Source: Salpingoeca rosetta (Eukaryota; Protista; Choanoflagellata). Taken from it: a stretch of 64,000 nt of DNA. Below are positions 1 through 15,100 of this stretch, piece by piece. Both the position numbers and the translations under genes were made by a program. Positions within the stretch are counted from its first letter, which is position 1, and every line of letters begins with the position of its first letter. The notes under the pieces are model-generated. The model was not told where the DNA came from. It saw only the letters and a program-made list of their open reading frames with translations, and ran no database searches. The stretch is taken from NCBI GenBank assembly GCA_033442325.1, contig JAWQFM010000013.1, forward strand, positions 272,069 to 336,068, written 5' to 3'.

Positions 1-177
1 GAGAAGACACGTCAAAGGCAGCGTCGCCGCTCAGGAAACGCTATCTCACAGACCCTTCAGACCCAGAGTTTGCTGCATGGTCAGTTGGCTCCTGCACATA
101 CCCTCTTGCCCCGCCTCTGCCTTTCGCCACACGGCTTTGATACTCCTCTCACGTCCTGTACATGTGCCTGTGCTCGT

Positions 178-247
<70 letters not shown>

Positions 248-1287
248 TTGTATTTGTTTGCGTGTGTGCGACCAGGCTGGACCGATTTGATGTGCATGCG
301 CAATCCGCGACCATCACGCAGATCCTCAGCAGCGACGAGGGCATCCGCAAGCTCCACACAGAGCTGGTGTGACAGTCATGTTCTGTCATTGTGCTATGTG
401 TATATGTGTGTGAGTGTTTGTTTATGTTTGTGTGTGTGTGTGTGCAATTGTGTGTTGAATCTCGCGTGTTTGCATTCTGTGCATTCCCATGTTACCCTTC
501 CTTCCTTCCTTCCTTCCTTCCTTCCTTCCTTCCTTCCCATCTCACTCAACCCATGTTCTGTGCGACGTTGCTCCATTGCTTGCAGATCCCGACCCACACC
601 ACGTACCGCCTCTTCTGGGCCCGCCACTTCTTCCAAACACACGCGTCCCAGGTAGAGACGCACGGATGCGCACGCGTGCATGCAGGAAAACGCCCCCTTC
701 CCTTTCATTCATGGCCACAACCAGCACTCCTGCACGCGCTTTCCAAACTTCCAATCTTTCCCATGTAACCACACACACACGCACATGCACACGCACACAC
801 ACACACACACATCTTCATCTGCTGTGATTGTTGGTACCAGGCGCAGCAGGCAAAACGGTCTGAGTTGGTGAAGCGCATGCAGGCCTCTGTCAAACACGAC
901 GCAGACAGCGATGACGACTTCTCAGACTGGGTATGGCCGTTGCGTGCGTGATTGGTGATGTGGATGGATGGCATAGAATTGATCAGGTGGCTCGTTGGTG
1001 CATCGTAGCTCTGTGTGTGTGTGTGTGTGGGTGGGTGTGTGTGGGTGTGTGTGGGTGTGGGTGTGTGTGGGTGTGGTGCGTGTCCTTGGACTCACATGCT
1101 ACTGCTGCTGCTGCCGCTCACGGGACCCCTGATCGTGATCGTGTGGTTGCAACAATCAGGGTGCTGAGAGCGATGGTGGTGATGACGATGATGACCAAGA
1201 TGCCGCAATGCCTGAACGACGCGACATCACGCCAACACGGACGACAACATCGGATGGTGGCACCGATGTGACAACGACGGCAGCATC

Positions 1288-1344
<57 letters not shown>

Positions 1345-1930
1345 CCCGAAGAGCACGGTGGATGGTGGCGATCAGAGCAAAGCCGCTGACGAGAGCACCG
1401 CTGACGGAACGACAATCACGGACACGGCGGCTGTGACGGATAAGAATGAGGAGGGTACGTATACGGGTGTGGATACAGGTGTGGTAGACGCGGCTGTGAC
1501 GGCGCTGGTGAATGCAACAGCAGCCAGCGGCCTGGCCAAGGCGGTGGAGGAGGAGGAGCAGGAGCAGGAGGGGAAAGAAGAGGAGGAAAAGGAAAAGGAA
1601 GAGATTGAGGAGGACGATGATGAAGAAGAGCAGGATGAGCAGGAGGGAGAGGGGGAGGAAGCGAACGAACAACCACAACCACAACCACAACCACGCAGCC
1701 ACCAACAGCCTCAGCAATCCCAAGGCGATGACGACCAACAACAGGAACCACAACAGGAACCCTCGCAGCCGCAAGCACCGGGCACTGCTCCCCAGAGCAT
1801 GTTTGATTGGGACGATGACCTTGATGATCTTGATGACGACGATGATGAGCTGGCCACCATTGGTGGGCCCGTCGTAGATGCTGCTGCTGTTGGCGGCGAC
1901 GACGACGAAGATGACTGGGGCGAATGGTGA
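1..1930 (+). CDS. BSD domain-containing protein (BSDC1/Dos2-like), 5'-truncated by window, multi-exon
   Basis: Spliced exons (~1-79, 276-366, 586-651, 841-930, 1160-1930) read ..KRYLTDPSDPEFAAW|LDRFDVHAQSATITQILSSDEGIRKLHTEL|IPTHTTYRLFWARHFF.. = BSD core with the FWxR(Y/H)F motif; long acidic tail ending DDDEDDWGEW* resembles the acidic Trp-containing C-terminus of BSDC1. Confidence 0.8.
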
Positions 1931-1973
1931 TGCCCTCACTTGCAACACACGCTTTTTGCTCTTTGAGAAGCAC

Positions 1974-2012
<39 letters not shown>

Positions 2013-2276
2013 TGTGTGTGTGCGTATGTCCGCCATACCCTTGTTCCCCGTGCTGCTAATTGTTGCCCTTATTCTCGACGCTGTGGCGTTTATTGGTTCC
2101 AAGTAACTGACAACTTTCACTGTATGATGGCGTGCGTGCGTGTCCTCGTGCCAATATTAAACCCGCACAACCAAAACCACGAGTACTTTGATCTCATACC
2201 ACCAACATCTCACGTCACATCACCGCTACACAACACCACCACCACCACTTCACTTACCGCAAGTACCACAACGGCA

Positions 2277-2813
2277 CTACACCTCATCATCTTCGTCATC
2301 GTCGTCGTCGTCATTGTCTGAACTGCCGTCATCACACTGCCCCGCCCTCAGTATGGGCTCCAGCTTGCCCCACATCATGTGTGCCTGGCGTGCAACGCAA
2401 CCCGTATGTTGGCACGATAATGAGTGGATGGATGGATGGATGGATGGATGGATGGATGGATGGATGGATGGATGGATGGATGAATGGATGGATGGATGGA
2501 TGGATGGATGGATGGATGGATGGATGGATGGATGGATGGATGGATGGATGGATGGATGGATGGATGGATGGATGGATGGATGGATGGATGGATGGATGGA
2601 TGGATGGATGGATGGATGGATGGATGGAAAGGACGGTTCAAGACATAGCGCGCGCACACACCAACACACCTACACACACACACACACATACACGCACCCA
2701 CACACGCACACGCACCCACACCCACACCCACACCCACACACACACACACACACAACCACAACCACACACAAATCACACACAAATCACACACATAGAAACA
2801 CACACACACATAG

Positions 2814-2847
<34 letters not shown>

Positions 2848-3170
2848 CAACTCCAATTCCTTGTTGGTGAATGATTCCCCCGCTTCTTAAATAGTTACGT
2901 CGGATCTATACAGGTGTGCTTCTTAGGATCTCTGCGTAGGCATTGGCGCGCAAATAGCAGGATGGAACATACTTCCCGTGCCGCCCCATCGCCCTTCACC
3001 TCTGAATCGTATAGACACCTTTAAAAACACTTGGCGGATATTATGACGGGCCGCCGCCACGTAACCGTGGTCCTCTAGCGAGTGAACCGCTAATCCCTAT
3101 CTATTCGTTACAGAGGATAGATTAGACTTCGCCTAAAGTAGAACAGTAGTTGGGTCGAACGTGTGGTGCG

Positions 3171-3241
<71 letters not shown>

Positions 3242-5057
3242 CAACGTGCCTGCAGAAACTGGTCTGGGGTCTCAATGTCCAGCAGGGGATTTCTGCAGAT
3301 GTGCACAGGGCGACGTCGAAGCGCATACCTGTTGACACGAAACATATGCAGTGATGTTATAGGAGTACGAGGGGTGCCACAACCACAACAGGAATGAAAG
3401 GCATTGCAAAAAGTGAGTGAGTATGTGAGTGTGTGCGTGTGTGTTTGTGGAAGAGAGGAAGGGTAAAGTGTTGAAGACCCCACTCGGCGTTAGAACGTGA
3501 CGCCCCTTCGTGTTTGTGGGACAGCCAAACACGGTGGTGATAACATTGTCGTCTACTTTCACAAGAGTCCATCAACTCCCGTTCCTTCTCCCTCAGATGA
3601 AGGTCGCATATGTTTGTGTGAGCAGTTGTGACGGCCTCCACCTGCACACACGAAACGCACCCTGCTCGTTGAGGTGGGCAGTCTTGAACACAATCACCTG
3701 TAGCTTCAAAAAGTGGTAGGACGAGTGGTGGCGGTAAGACTAAAGCATCAACCACCCATGATGAATTACACGGGTATTTGATGTCACATCACCAAAACCA
3801 CACACATGCGCTCACACACTCGCTTGCACAACACAACACGAATGCTCACCGAGGTGGCTCAGCTCTTCGTGCATGTCGTCCTCGCAATCCGTTTCAAACT
3901 CTTCCTCGTCCGAGTACAGGCCAGCATCGCCGATATCAGCACACCCGCTCGCACCCCTGTGTCCAGCACCCATGTCAGCACCATCATTCTCATCTCCACT
4001 GTCATCGTCATCATCATCGCGATCAGCAGCATCGTTGCCTGTGGCGCCTGCAGCACCTCCGTTATTCCTCAGCGCCCTTCCCTCCACCATCTGCAGCATC
4101 CTTCTCACGAGCCAACGCAGCTCAAATGCGGGCGTGTGCATGGACTCGCTCATTGCTGCAGCTAGAGAAGAAGGTGCTGCTGAATTGGGCGAATATGACG
4201 TTGGTGGTGCTTGTGATGACAGTGATGGCGATTGTGCTCCTCCGCTTGATGATCTCTTTGGCAGCAGCGACCACAAGCCCGCGCACATGCACGCCAACAA
4301 CGTTGCCTACACAGCGTGCATGTGTGTGTGTGTGTTATCAGGATAGGATCAGGACATACCATGCCATGACTCCGCAGTCACCATCAGTGTTTGCCAACCA
4401 GAGACGAAATCATTCAAGATGAAGTAAAGCGATAACACACACACACACAAAACACATGTATGTATGCACTGACCTTTCGTGTTTGCCAGCACCAGGAGTG
4501 AGGCCAGATGAATATCTCACACAGCAGCTGCAGCAACAGCAGCGAGAACACACGTGGCCTGTCATACATGCAGTAAAGCACGCACGTGAAGGATAGCGCA
4601 ATGTAACAATTGTTGCTGAGCTATTGCACGACAGACACGCGCGCATTCGCCGACCCACAGAGAGAGAGAGAGAGCGAGAGAGAGCTACGAATGTACAAGT
4701 GCTCACATGCACTCACATGCATACACACACAGATACAAGTATACAAGTGCTCACATGCACTCACATGCATACACATTGATATGATCTAACTCGACTCACC
4801 TTGCGCACAGTGTGTTGGTTGAGCTGGTGATGACAACAGCAAAGGCAAATGCAAGCAAGTAGAAAACAATCTTGACCATCACGTCGAAAGCAAACCCAGT
4901 TGATTCCTGGCACACATGCGCATGAGTATGTGTTTGTGTGAATGTAACACCGTGTGAGGTGGCTGCGAACAACAGCTAACGAGTAGGTATTGTTCACACA
5001 CGTCAAATCATAAGAGCACACGCACACACGCACACACATATGAACGGCACGCACGCA

Positions 5058-5115
<58 letters not shown>

Positions 5116-7405
5116 TGCATGGACGGCACGTCTGTGCAACAGTAAGTCACGTGTGCCCACCTCCAATTCACGAATGGACTGCAATACGTGCATCACATCG
5201 CCAAGAAACGCGACAACAACGCCGTGGTGTCGCTCCATCTCCCGGCTCACGCCAGCAAGCGCCGCCTGCGTCTACTCGGTGTTGGTGAAGGACATGCAAC
5301 CGTGCACACCATGAAGTGGGCGAATGAGTGAGGGAAGGAGAGGGTGTGTGCATGTGTATGCGTGAGTGAGTGAATGCGTGTGTGTGAAGAGGTAGAAGAT
5401 GAGCGAGTCAAGCGCCATGTATTCACAGGAGCAACAGGCCAAGACCAGCGTCTCATCCATACGTTGATCAAACGCAGGCATGGGCACACGCCCGCCGTTG
5501 ACACACCACGTAGCTTGCGTTGAGCAATGCGTCCTGGTTGTCCAGCGCGTGCTGCTGATGTGCAAGCAGCTGCGCTTGATTCGAGAGCGCCTGTGTCAGG
5601 CGAACCTTCATCTCATCTGCAGACTGCGCGAGTGCGTCCGATATTGCGTGCTGCTGGTCCAGTAAGTCCTCCTGCCGCGTGTGAATGTCGCCAAGCAGCG
5701 CCCCCATGCTCGTTGACAGCTGTTCATGACCTGATGCAATGACACGTATACACAAATGGAAAGTGCAGGTGCGTGGTTGCGTGAATGTGTCAGCGCATGA
5801 GCATGTGTATGCGTGAGTGTGACTACGTGCGTGGTTGTGTGTATGTGTATGTGTGTGTATGTGTGTGTCAAGTGTTGCATGATAACCTCGCGTGCAAATG
5901 TATTTGTGTGGGCATGTACGTGTGCATGCGAGGCACATAAAGCAGAAGGATGTGGAGGAACAAATGACTCTTACGTGTTTGCAGACTTCCAAGAGTATGA
6001 ATGGCGCGGTGGCTGTTCTCGGACAGGTCGAACAATGTGCGTTTGTGCAGCACATGCCACAACACCTGTTGTGCTTCGTGACAATGCGCTGCCACCGAAG
6101 CCTGAGGAGAGAGCAGAGTTGCGGGAAACGTGTGTGCAAGTGTATGATTGGTGAACTTGTGACGCAACGAGCTTGCATGCGTGACAAACGCAGCAAACAA
6201 CACACACACACACACAAGTACGCACGTACACACACGTACACGAAACACATGCTTGCTTACACGCCGACATGAACGCATGCTACACCAACCTTCAAAGTAA
6301 TCAGGCCGCTCAGCTCTGCGCTGTCAAGGTCGCGCGTGCATTCCGCGTTGGTCATGTCCTCATCGCAGTGGAGACGCGGGCGAGAGAGTGCCTGAAGCTG
6401 GCAGTCATACAGCAAAATGGCATACTAGCGGTGGTGGTGGTCGACAGGGGAGGGCGACGAGCATCGCCGTAATGTGAGAAACGTGAATGAGGACAGCTTA
6501 AGGCTACGCGCGCGTGTACGTGTGTTTGTATACGCGCTGTTACATGCGCTGTTACATCACACGCACATACATACACACAGGAACGCACACATGAAAACAT
6601 ACGCATGCACACATACACACGAACACATGCACCTGCACTATCTTTGAATGCTAACTTACTCTGGTTGTTTCATCGTCAGACAGCCGCCGGCATTCCCTGT
6701 GAATAAGACAAGACAAGACAGATGCACATGTGCAGACGCAAGCATGTGTGCATACGAGCATGAGAATGTACGCATGCTCGCAAGAGAAAAGGAGGGCGCA
6801 CTTGCGAACGTCATGACACTCGCACAACAGCGATGGCTGTAGTCAGCGTGAAGGAGGACACACTTTGCTTTCAGGGAGAGCGCAATCTCAGTCTTGCAGC
6901 GGTCGGCAACCGGAAGATCGGCCAACGCCTGTGCACGGCATGAAAGAGAGCACGTTTGTGAGTATGTGCGTGCATGGTGTGTGTATGTGCGTCTGCGTCT
7001 ATGTGTGTGTCTATGTGTGTGTGTGCGTCTATGTGTGTGTATGTATGTGTATGTGTGTGCCTGCCTGTTCGTGTGCGTGCGTGTGTCTGTGTGTGTATGT
7101 GCGTGTGTCTTGGTGGGTGTTTGAGGCACTTATCTGTGCCCGCGTATGAACACTTGTCTGCGCATGTGTGGGAGCCCATCGCAAAGATGTACCGTGACAT
7201 GCTTCCACTCCCATGTGGTGGTGGCGTGGGGCCCATGGGCGGCGGTGAGTGGCGCATAGTCGCTTGCGATGACATGGCGGTGGCTGTCAACAAGGCTCTC
7301 ATCGTTGACGGTGTTGGCTGTCGCGCTGGAGAGCAGCGCAAGCGCCGTCAACACAGCAATCACACACATAACATACATGGGGTGAGCAGCAGAAGTTGTG
7401 TGCAT
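2277..7405 (-). CDS. GEX1: GEX1/KAR5/Brambleberry-family nuclear membrane fusion protein, multi-exon
   Basis: Signal peptide ([21 protein letters not shown]; ATG 7405 or 7378). Spliced Cys-rich domain (exons 6928-6864, 6696-6660, 6424-6290, 6101-5975): [86 protein letters not shown], matching the family spacing C..C....L..C....R...C......CT..LD...C. Then coiled coil (5730-5170) and three hydrophobic segments ([18 protein letters not shown]; [18 protein letters not shown]; [14 protein letters not shown]), acidic tail with RYALRRR. 3' exons are less certain. Confidence 0.82.
2424..2627. repeat. (GGAT)n tetranucleotide microsatellite (intronic)
   Basis: About 50 near-perfect GGAT units seen directly. 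Confidence 0.97.
2881..3160. other. Compositionally anomalous ~280-bp segment (random-looking, TpA-rich) inside the GEX1-like gene
   Basis: No CA/GT repeats, roughly 25 TpA dinucleotides, no long ORF; differs sharply from flanking intron and exon composition. Confidence 0.6.
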
Positions 7406-8174
7406 GAAACCTGCGTGGCTTGAATACAAGTGATGAGGACAACGGGCTGTGTCGTCGTGGCTGCTTCGCGAGCTAGCGAGTTGCTCAATGAACAAGGAAC
7501 ATGGGAGAACAAGGGTCAATGGTCTCTGGGTCTGTGTGGGCCTATTGCTCTCGAGGGCAGGATGACGTGCCAACAACAAGCGTCAATGAGCGAACATACT
7601 CCAGCGTGAGATGATGGGAAGCGACTCAAGGCAAGAAGGTCGGAAGGGGGTCCTTTGGGTGCTGTGTGTGTGAGCGTGTGAACAGGAGGCTGAAGAGCTG
7701 GCGCGTTTGGCGCAGTGGGCATCTGGTTCCGCAGTGACTGCGAACCACAATGTTGCATGTCCGGATTTTGAGAGTGACCGCTGTCAACGCCAGCGCTGGC
7801 ACGTTGGACTGTCATAGCAGGTGTGAGCGTTTATTTCGCCACGGAGGCGGCGTGAGAGGGAGCACAAGAGCACAGCAACACCAAGAGCAGTCACAGATCG
7901 AGCAAGAACCGCGCAACAAGTGCAACATTGGAAGAGGCAGGCCAAGAGGATGGATGTAACCGGCCAACAGACAAGCAAGCAAGGAAGCAACAAAACACAT
8001 GCCAGGACGCAAGCACAAAGAAAAGGGGGGAGGCGGAGCGGGATCTGCGTGCACGCTGGTTGTTGGCCAACTCACATCCCCCGCGCACCACCACCAACAG
8101 TTTCCACGGCTGATGCGTGATCATATCAACTCACACACAACCAGCAAATGCGTTGTGAACGTTGACGAGGCAGC

Positions 8175-11128
<2,954 letters not shown>

Positions 11129-12105
11129 CGTTTCGCTTGCTTCCTCACTCGCTCGCTTGCTTCCTTGCTTGCTTGTTTGCTTGCTCTTTCGGCTGTCCTC
11201 TCTTTCCTTTCTCTTCAGTGCACGCGCCGGGAAATTCAAAAGTGCGGTTGGCTTTTTGCTTGCACACCCTTGCACTACAAGCCCGCTTGCCCGCATATTT
11301 TAAGTTTTGTAATGACCGTTACACCTCCCCGCACGCAAGCAAGCCGCCTCACACACAACAGAGCAGAAAACCAGGACGCACCGCTACACCACACACGCTA
11401 CGCTGCAGCACGGGGGCTTGTGTTGCTGTGTTGCCAGTGCTGTGCATTCGTTCATCAGCAGCTAGTGAGCAAGTGGTGAGCAGAAGCAAGTCAGCCGTGG
11501 CCCGTGTGCCTTGATTTCTGTTGAAGACTCACAGAGCCAGACACCCCAAGCTAAGCACGCATCAGACCCATCGCCAAGTTCCTATACCTGAAGATCCCCT
11601 TCGTCTGCCCCTCGTCCAAAACCATTGTGTGCGCATGCGTGCGTGCACAATCAAACTCGCAAAGCCACCGCACAAGCTTCAACAGGGCTGCAAAGAGGTC
11701 AGCCATGGACACAAGAGAGGGCAGAGGGGGGTGACACATTCTGCCCTGTTCCCATGCTGTTCTGGTGTTGCTCTGTTGCTGCCGTGTCGATTGCGTGCTC
11801 GCACGACACCACCACCCTCAATGCATGTGGTTTGAATCGTGTGCATTCACATGCACACACGCACGCACACACGCACGCACGCACACACGCACGCACATGC
11901 ACCCACATGCACACGCACCCGCACACGCACACATGTATTTCTCGTCATTGCTTCCCTCACCTATCATGCAACCTCCTTCCATCGAACAACTCATCCCTCA
12001 CATCCTTTCGCCCTCATCGTTCTCGTCTTGAACAACAACAACACAGGCACTCCACCACAACCACAGTCCACAGCACAAAGCACACTTGCCAGCTGCACAG
12101 GCAGC

Positions 12106-15100
12106 ATGCTTCAGCCAAGTGTACTGGCGCTTGTCGTGCTCATGCTTGGCATGGCAGCTGCCATCATTCCAGGAGCGCACGCCAAGCGAGAGCTGCTGCT
12201 GCATGAGCGCTTCGACATGGAGACGCGCTTCAGCATCACGCCGCCAACCGTGTTCATGAGCATCAAGTTCTTCCCAGATGACAGCGGCAGGTTCCTGGTC
12301 CTCGACAAACGGGGCACCGTCTACATCGGCCACGAAGACGACAGACCGCTACAGCTTGAACCATACCTCAATCTTGACAACGTGGACTTTGGGGACGAGC
12401 GTGGGTCGCTGGACATTGAGATTGATCCAGCGTTCTCCACCCTTAGCAAGCAGTTTGTCTACGTCTACTACAGCCCCATCGACCCGGAGCAGTTTCGCGT
12501 GTCTCGGTTCGTCCACGTGGAAGGGCCTGGCCACCTCAGCAGCAAGGCCGACCCACACTCAGAGACGGTCATCTGGCGCGACGCGCTGGGGTACCCTGGC
12601 AAGTTCCACTACGGTGGTGCGCTGCTCTTTGGCCCAGACCAGCAATACCTCTACCTCACCTCTGGCGACAAGACCAAAGCAGATTGGGCACAGGACATCT
12701 GGAGGACCACGGGCTGCGTGTTTCGGTTCGACCGCGACGGAAACCCACACCCAAACAACTTTGGCCTCACCTTTGATGGCAAGGGGGGCGTGGAGGACAC
12801 CATGTTTGCCTACGGCCTGCGAAACGGCTTTCGTGCCACCTGGGACATTCCCGATCCCGTGGCAGCCGCTCCACCTCCCGCATCACCGACCAACCCCAAC
12901 GCCAACGCCACCACCACCGCCGCCGCCGCCGCCGCGACCACTGCAGGAAGCAGCAGCAACAGCAACAACAACAACACCACCAACACCAACAACAGTAGCG
13001 ACAACAACAACAACAGTAGCGACAGCAAAAGTGCAAGTGATAACACTGGCAGCCAACAGCTGCCATATGCACCAAGGTTGCTCGTGGGTGAGGTTGGTGG
13101 CAACAATCAACCCCTGTCATGGGAGGACATCCATGTGGTGGAGAATGGGGCGAACATGGGCTGGCCACTGTGCGAAGGAGCGTGCGACAACCCCGATTTC
13201 AGCATGTCGTGCACGTGTCGCAAGCACGCAAACCCGCTCTTCTCGTACCCGCACGCTGGCACCAACGCGGCCGTCGTGCTTGGGCCCGTCTACCGTGGTG
13301 ATGAGTTTCCGCAGCAGTTCCGCAACAACATCTTCTTTGCAGACTACGCGAGGGAGGAGATGTGGCGACTGCAGCTCAACCCAAGCACGGGTGCCGTGGA
13401 GGAGGTGGCGCTGTTTGCAAAGGACGTCGGGGAGATCACCCACATCACACAGGGGCCGGACGACATGCTCTGGCTCACCACGAGTCGTGGCCAGATCAAG
13501 CGCCTCACATACGACGAGGGCCACTTGCGGCCCGAGATTGTTACTGCGCAGGCGAGCGTTGTCACGGGCATGGCGCCCATGCAAGTTGACTTTACCGCGT
13601 ACGCCGTGCACCAGCAGGCAAACATGACGCTGTCGTACCGGTGGTCGTTCAACGACGGCACGGCCGATGAGTTTGCTGCAAACGTCACCCACCTGTTCCG
13701 CCGCGAGGGGGAGTTCCACGTGCAGCTGCGCGTCACGGACAGCGAGTACCGCACGACCGCCCTGGCCAAGGCCATCACCATCGCCGTTGGCCAAGCGCCC
13801 ACTGCACGCATCGTCTCCCCCGTCAACGGCTCCACGTTTGTGGCGCTAGACATCATCAGGGTCGTTGGCGTGGGCACCGACGACAATGCACTCACGGAGG
13901 ACAACTTCTCGTGGAACGTCAGGTTCTTGCACGATGACCACTTCCACCCCGTCGAGTCTGGTATCAAGGGCCGCGCGTTCTCCTTCCAGGTCGCAGACAC
14001 GGGCCACACGTACGAGGGGCGCACGGGCCTGGAGCTCGAGCTCACTGTCACAGACAACGCCGGCCTGTCCAGCACCACCAGCGTGGCCATCTTCCCAAAG
14101 AAGGTGGATGTCATGTTTGACACCAGCCCCGAGGGTGCTGCGCTGTACGTGGACGGCCTGCCACGTGTCACGCCCTTTGTCCTGGACACGCTTGTGGGCT
14201 TCCAGCACCCCGTTCGCGCGCCCGACATGTCTTGCGTGGAGGACACGATGAACAAGTTTGATACGTGGGACCACACCCCGGTGCGCGACTGGCTGCTGGT
14301 GGTGGGCGAGGATGAGGCTGGGCACAGCTTCCAGGCGCACTTCGAGCCCGCACCCTGCGAGGGCTCCACGGGCATTCCCGTGCGAGATGGCCTCGTTATG
14401 CACCTCGCCTCTGATGCCGGCGTGTACACACAGCCAGACACGGCCCGGCTGCGCCTGTGGACGGACCAGGTTGGTGACAACAACCTGAACCGCATCCAGG
14501 GCACGCCCGTGCTTGTGCGCGATGGCGGGCCCAACGACTCCCCGTACGTGCTGTTTGACGGCGACGGCGACGCCTTGTACCGGGATGGGTTTGTTGGCCT
14601 GCCGCTCAACACGCGCGACCGCACGCTTGTGACGGTGGTGCGCTACGAGTCTCCGGGTTACGGTGGCGTGGTGTATGGCTCGCCGGACTGCAACGGCGCT
14701 TTTGGCGCGGGCGTGTCGCCGCACACCCCTGGGCGCCTGTCCATGCGCGGCTACTGCGGCCGGGCCACCATTGATGCCAACCGCGTGGCGCAAGACGAGG
14801 GCTGGCTCATCCACACCGTTGTCCTGGACAGCAACCACGTGTGGATGTATGCCAACGGCGAGGCGGTGACGAACAAGGCAATGGTGATGCGCACGCGCGG
14901 AAGCGAGGACGACAGCCGCTTTGTGGTTGGCGCGGACATTGACCTGAGTAGCCACGTGCGCATGGGCGTGGCGCATGTGCTGCTGTACGACCGCGCCCTC
15001 ACGGAAGCCGAACTGCAAGACGTGCACGCGTACCTGGTGAAAGAATACCTGTCGGGGCTGGACGACCTTGTTCGCCTGTCTGTGCCCATCCCGCAGCACG

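Noticed and set aside
3244-3250. Possible non-canonical GC-AG donor (CAG|gcacgt) in the GEX1-like gene
   Set aside because: Cannot be verified because the downstream exon is obscured by the anomalous segment, and GT donors exist a few bases further on.
4694-4776. Short direct duplications (~35 bp here; ~60 bp at 30224-30342; 11-mer at 37537-37582)
   Set aside because: Local intronic slippage in low-complexity sequence with no sign of function or mobile element ends.
11839-12105. N-terminal 89 aa of the 1676-aa ORF
   Set aside because: Derived from CA-repeat UTR sequence; the ATG at 12106 begins a clear signal peptide.
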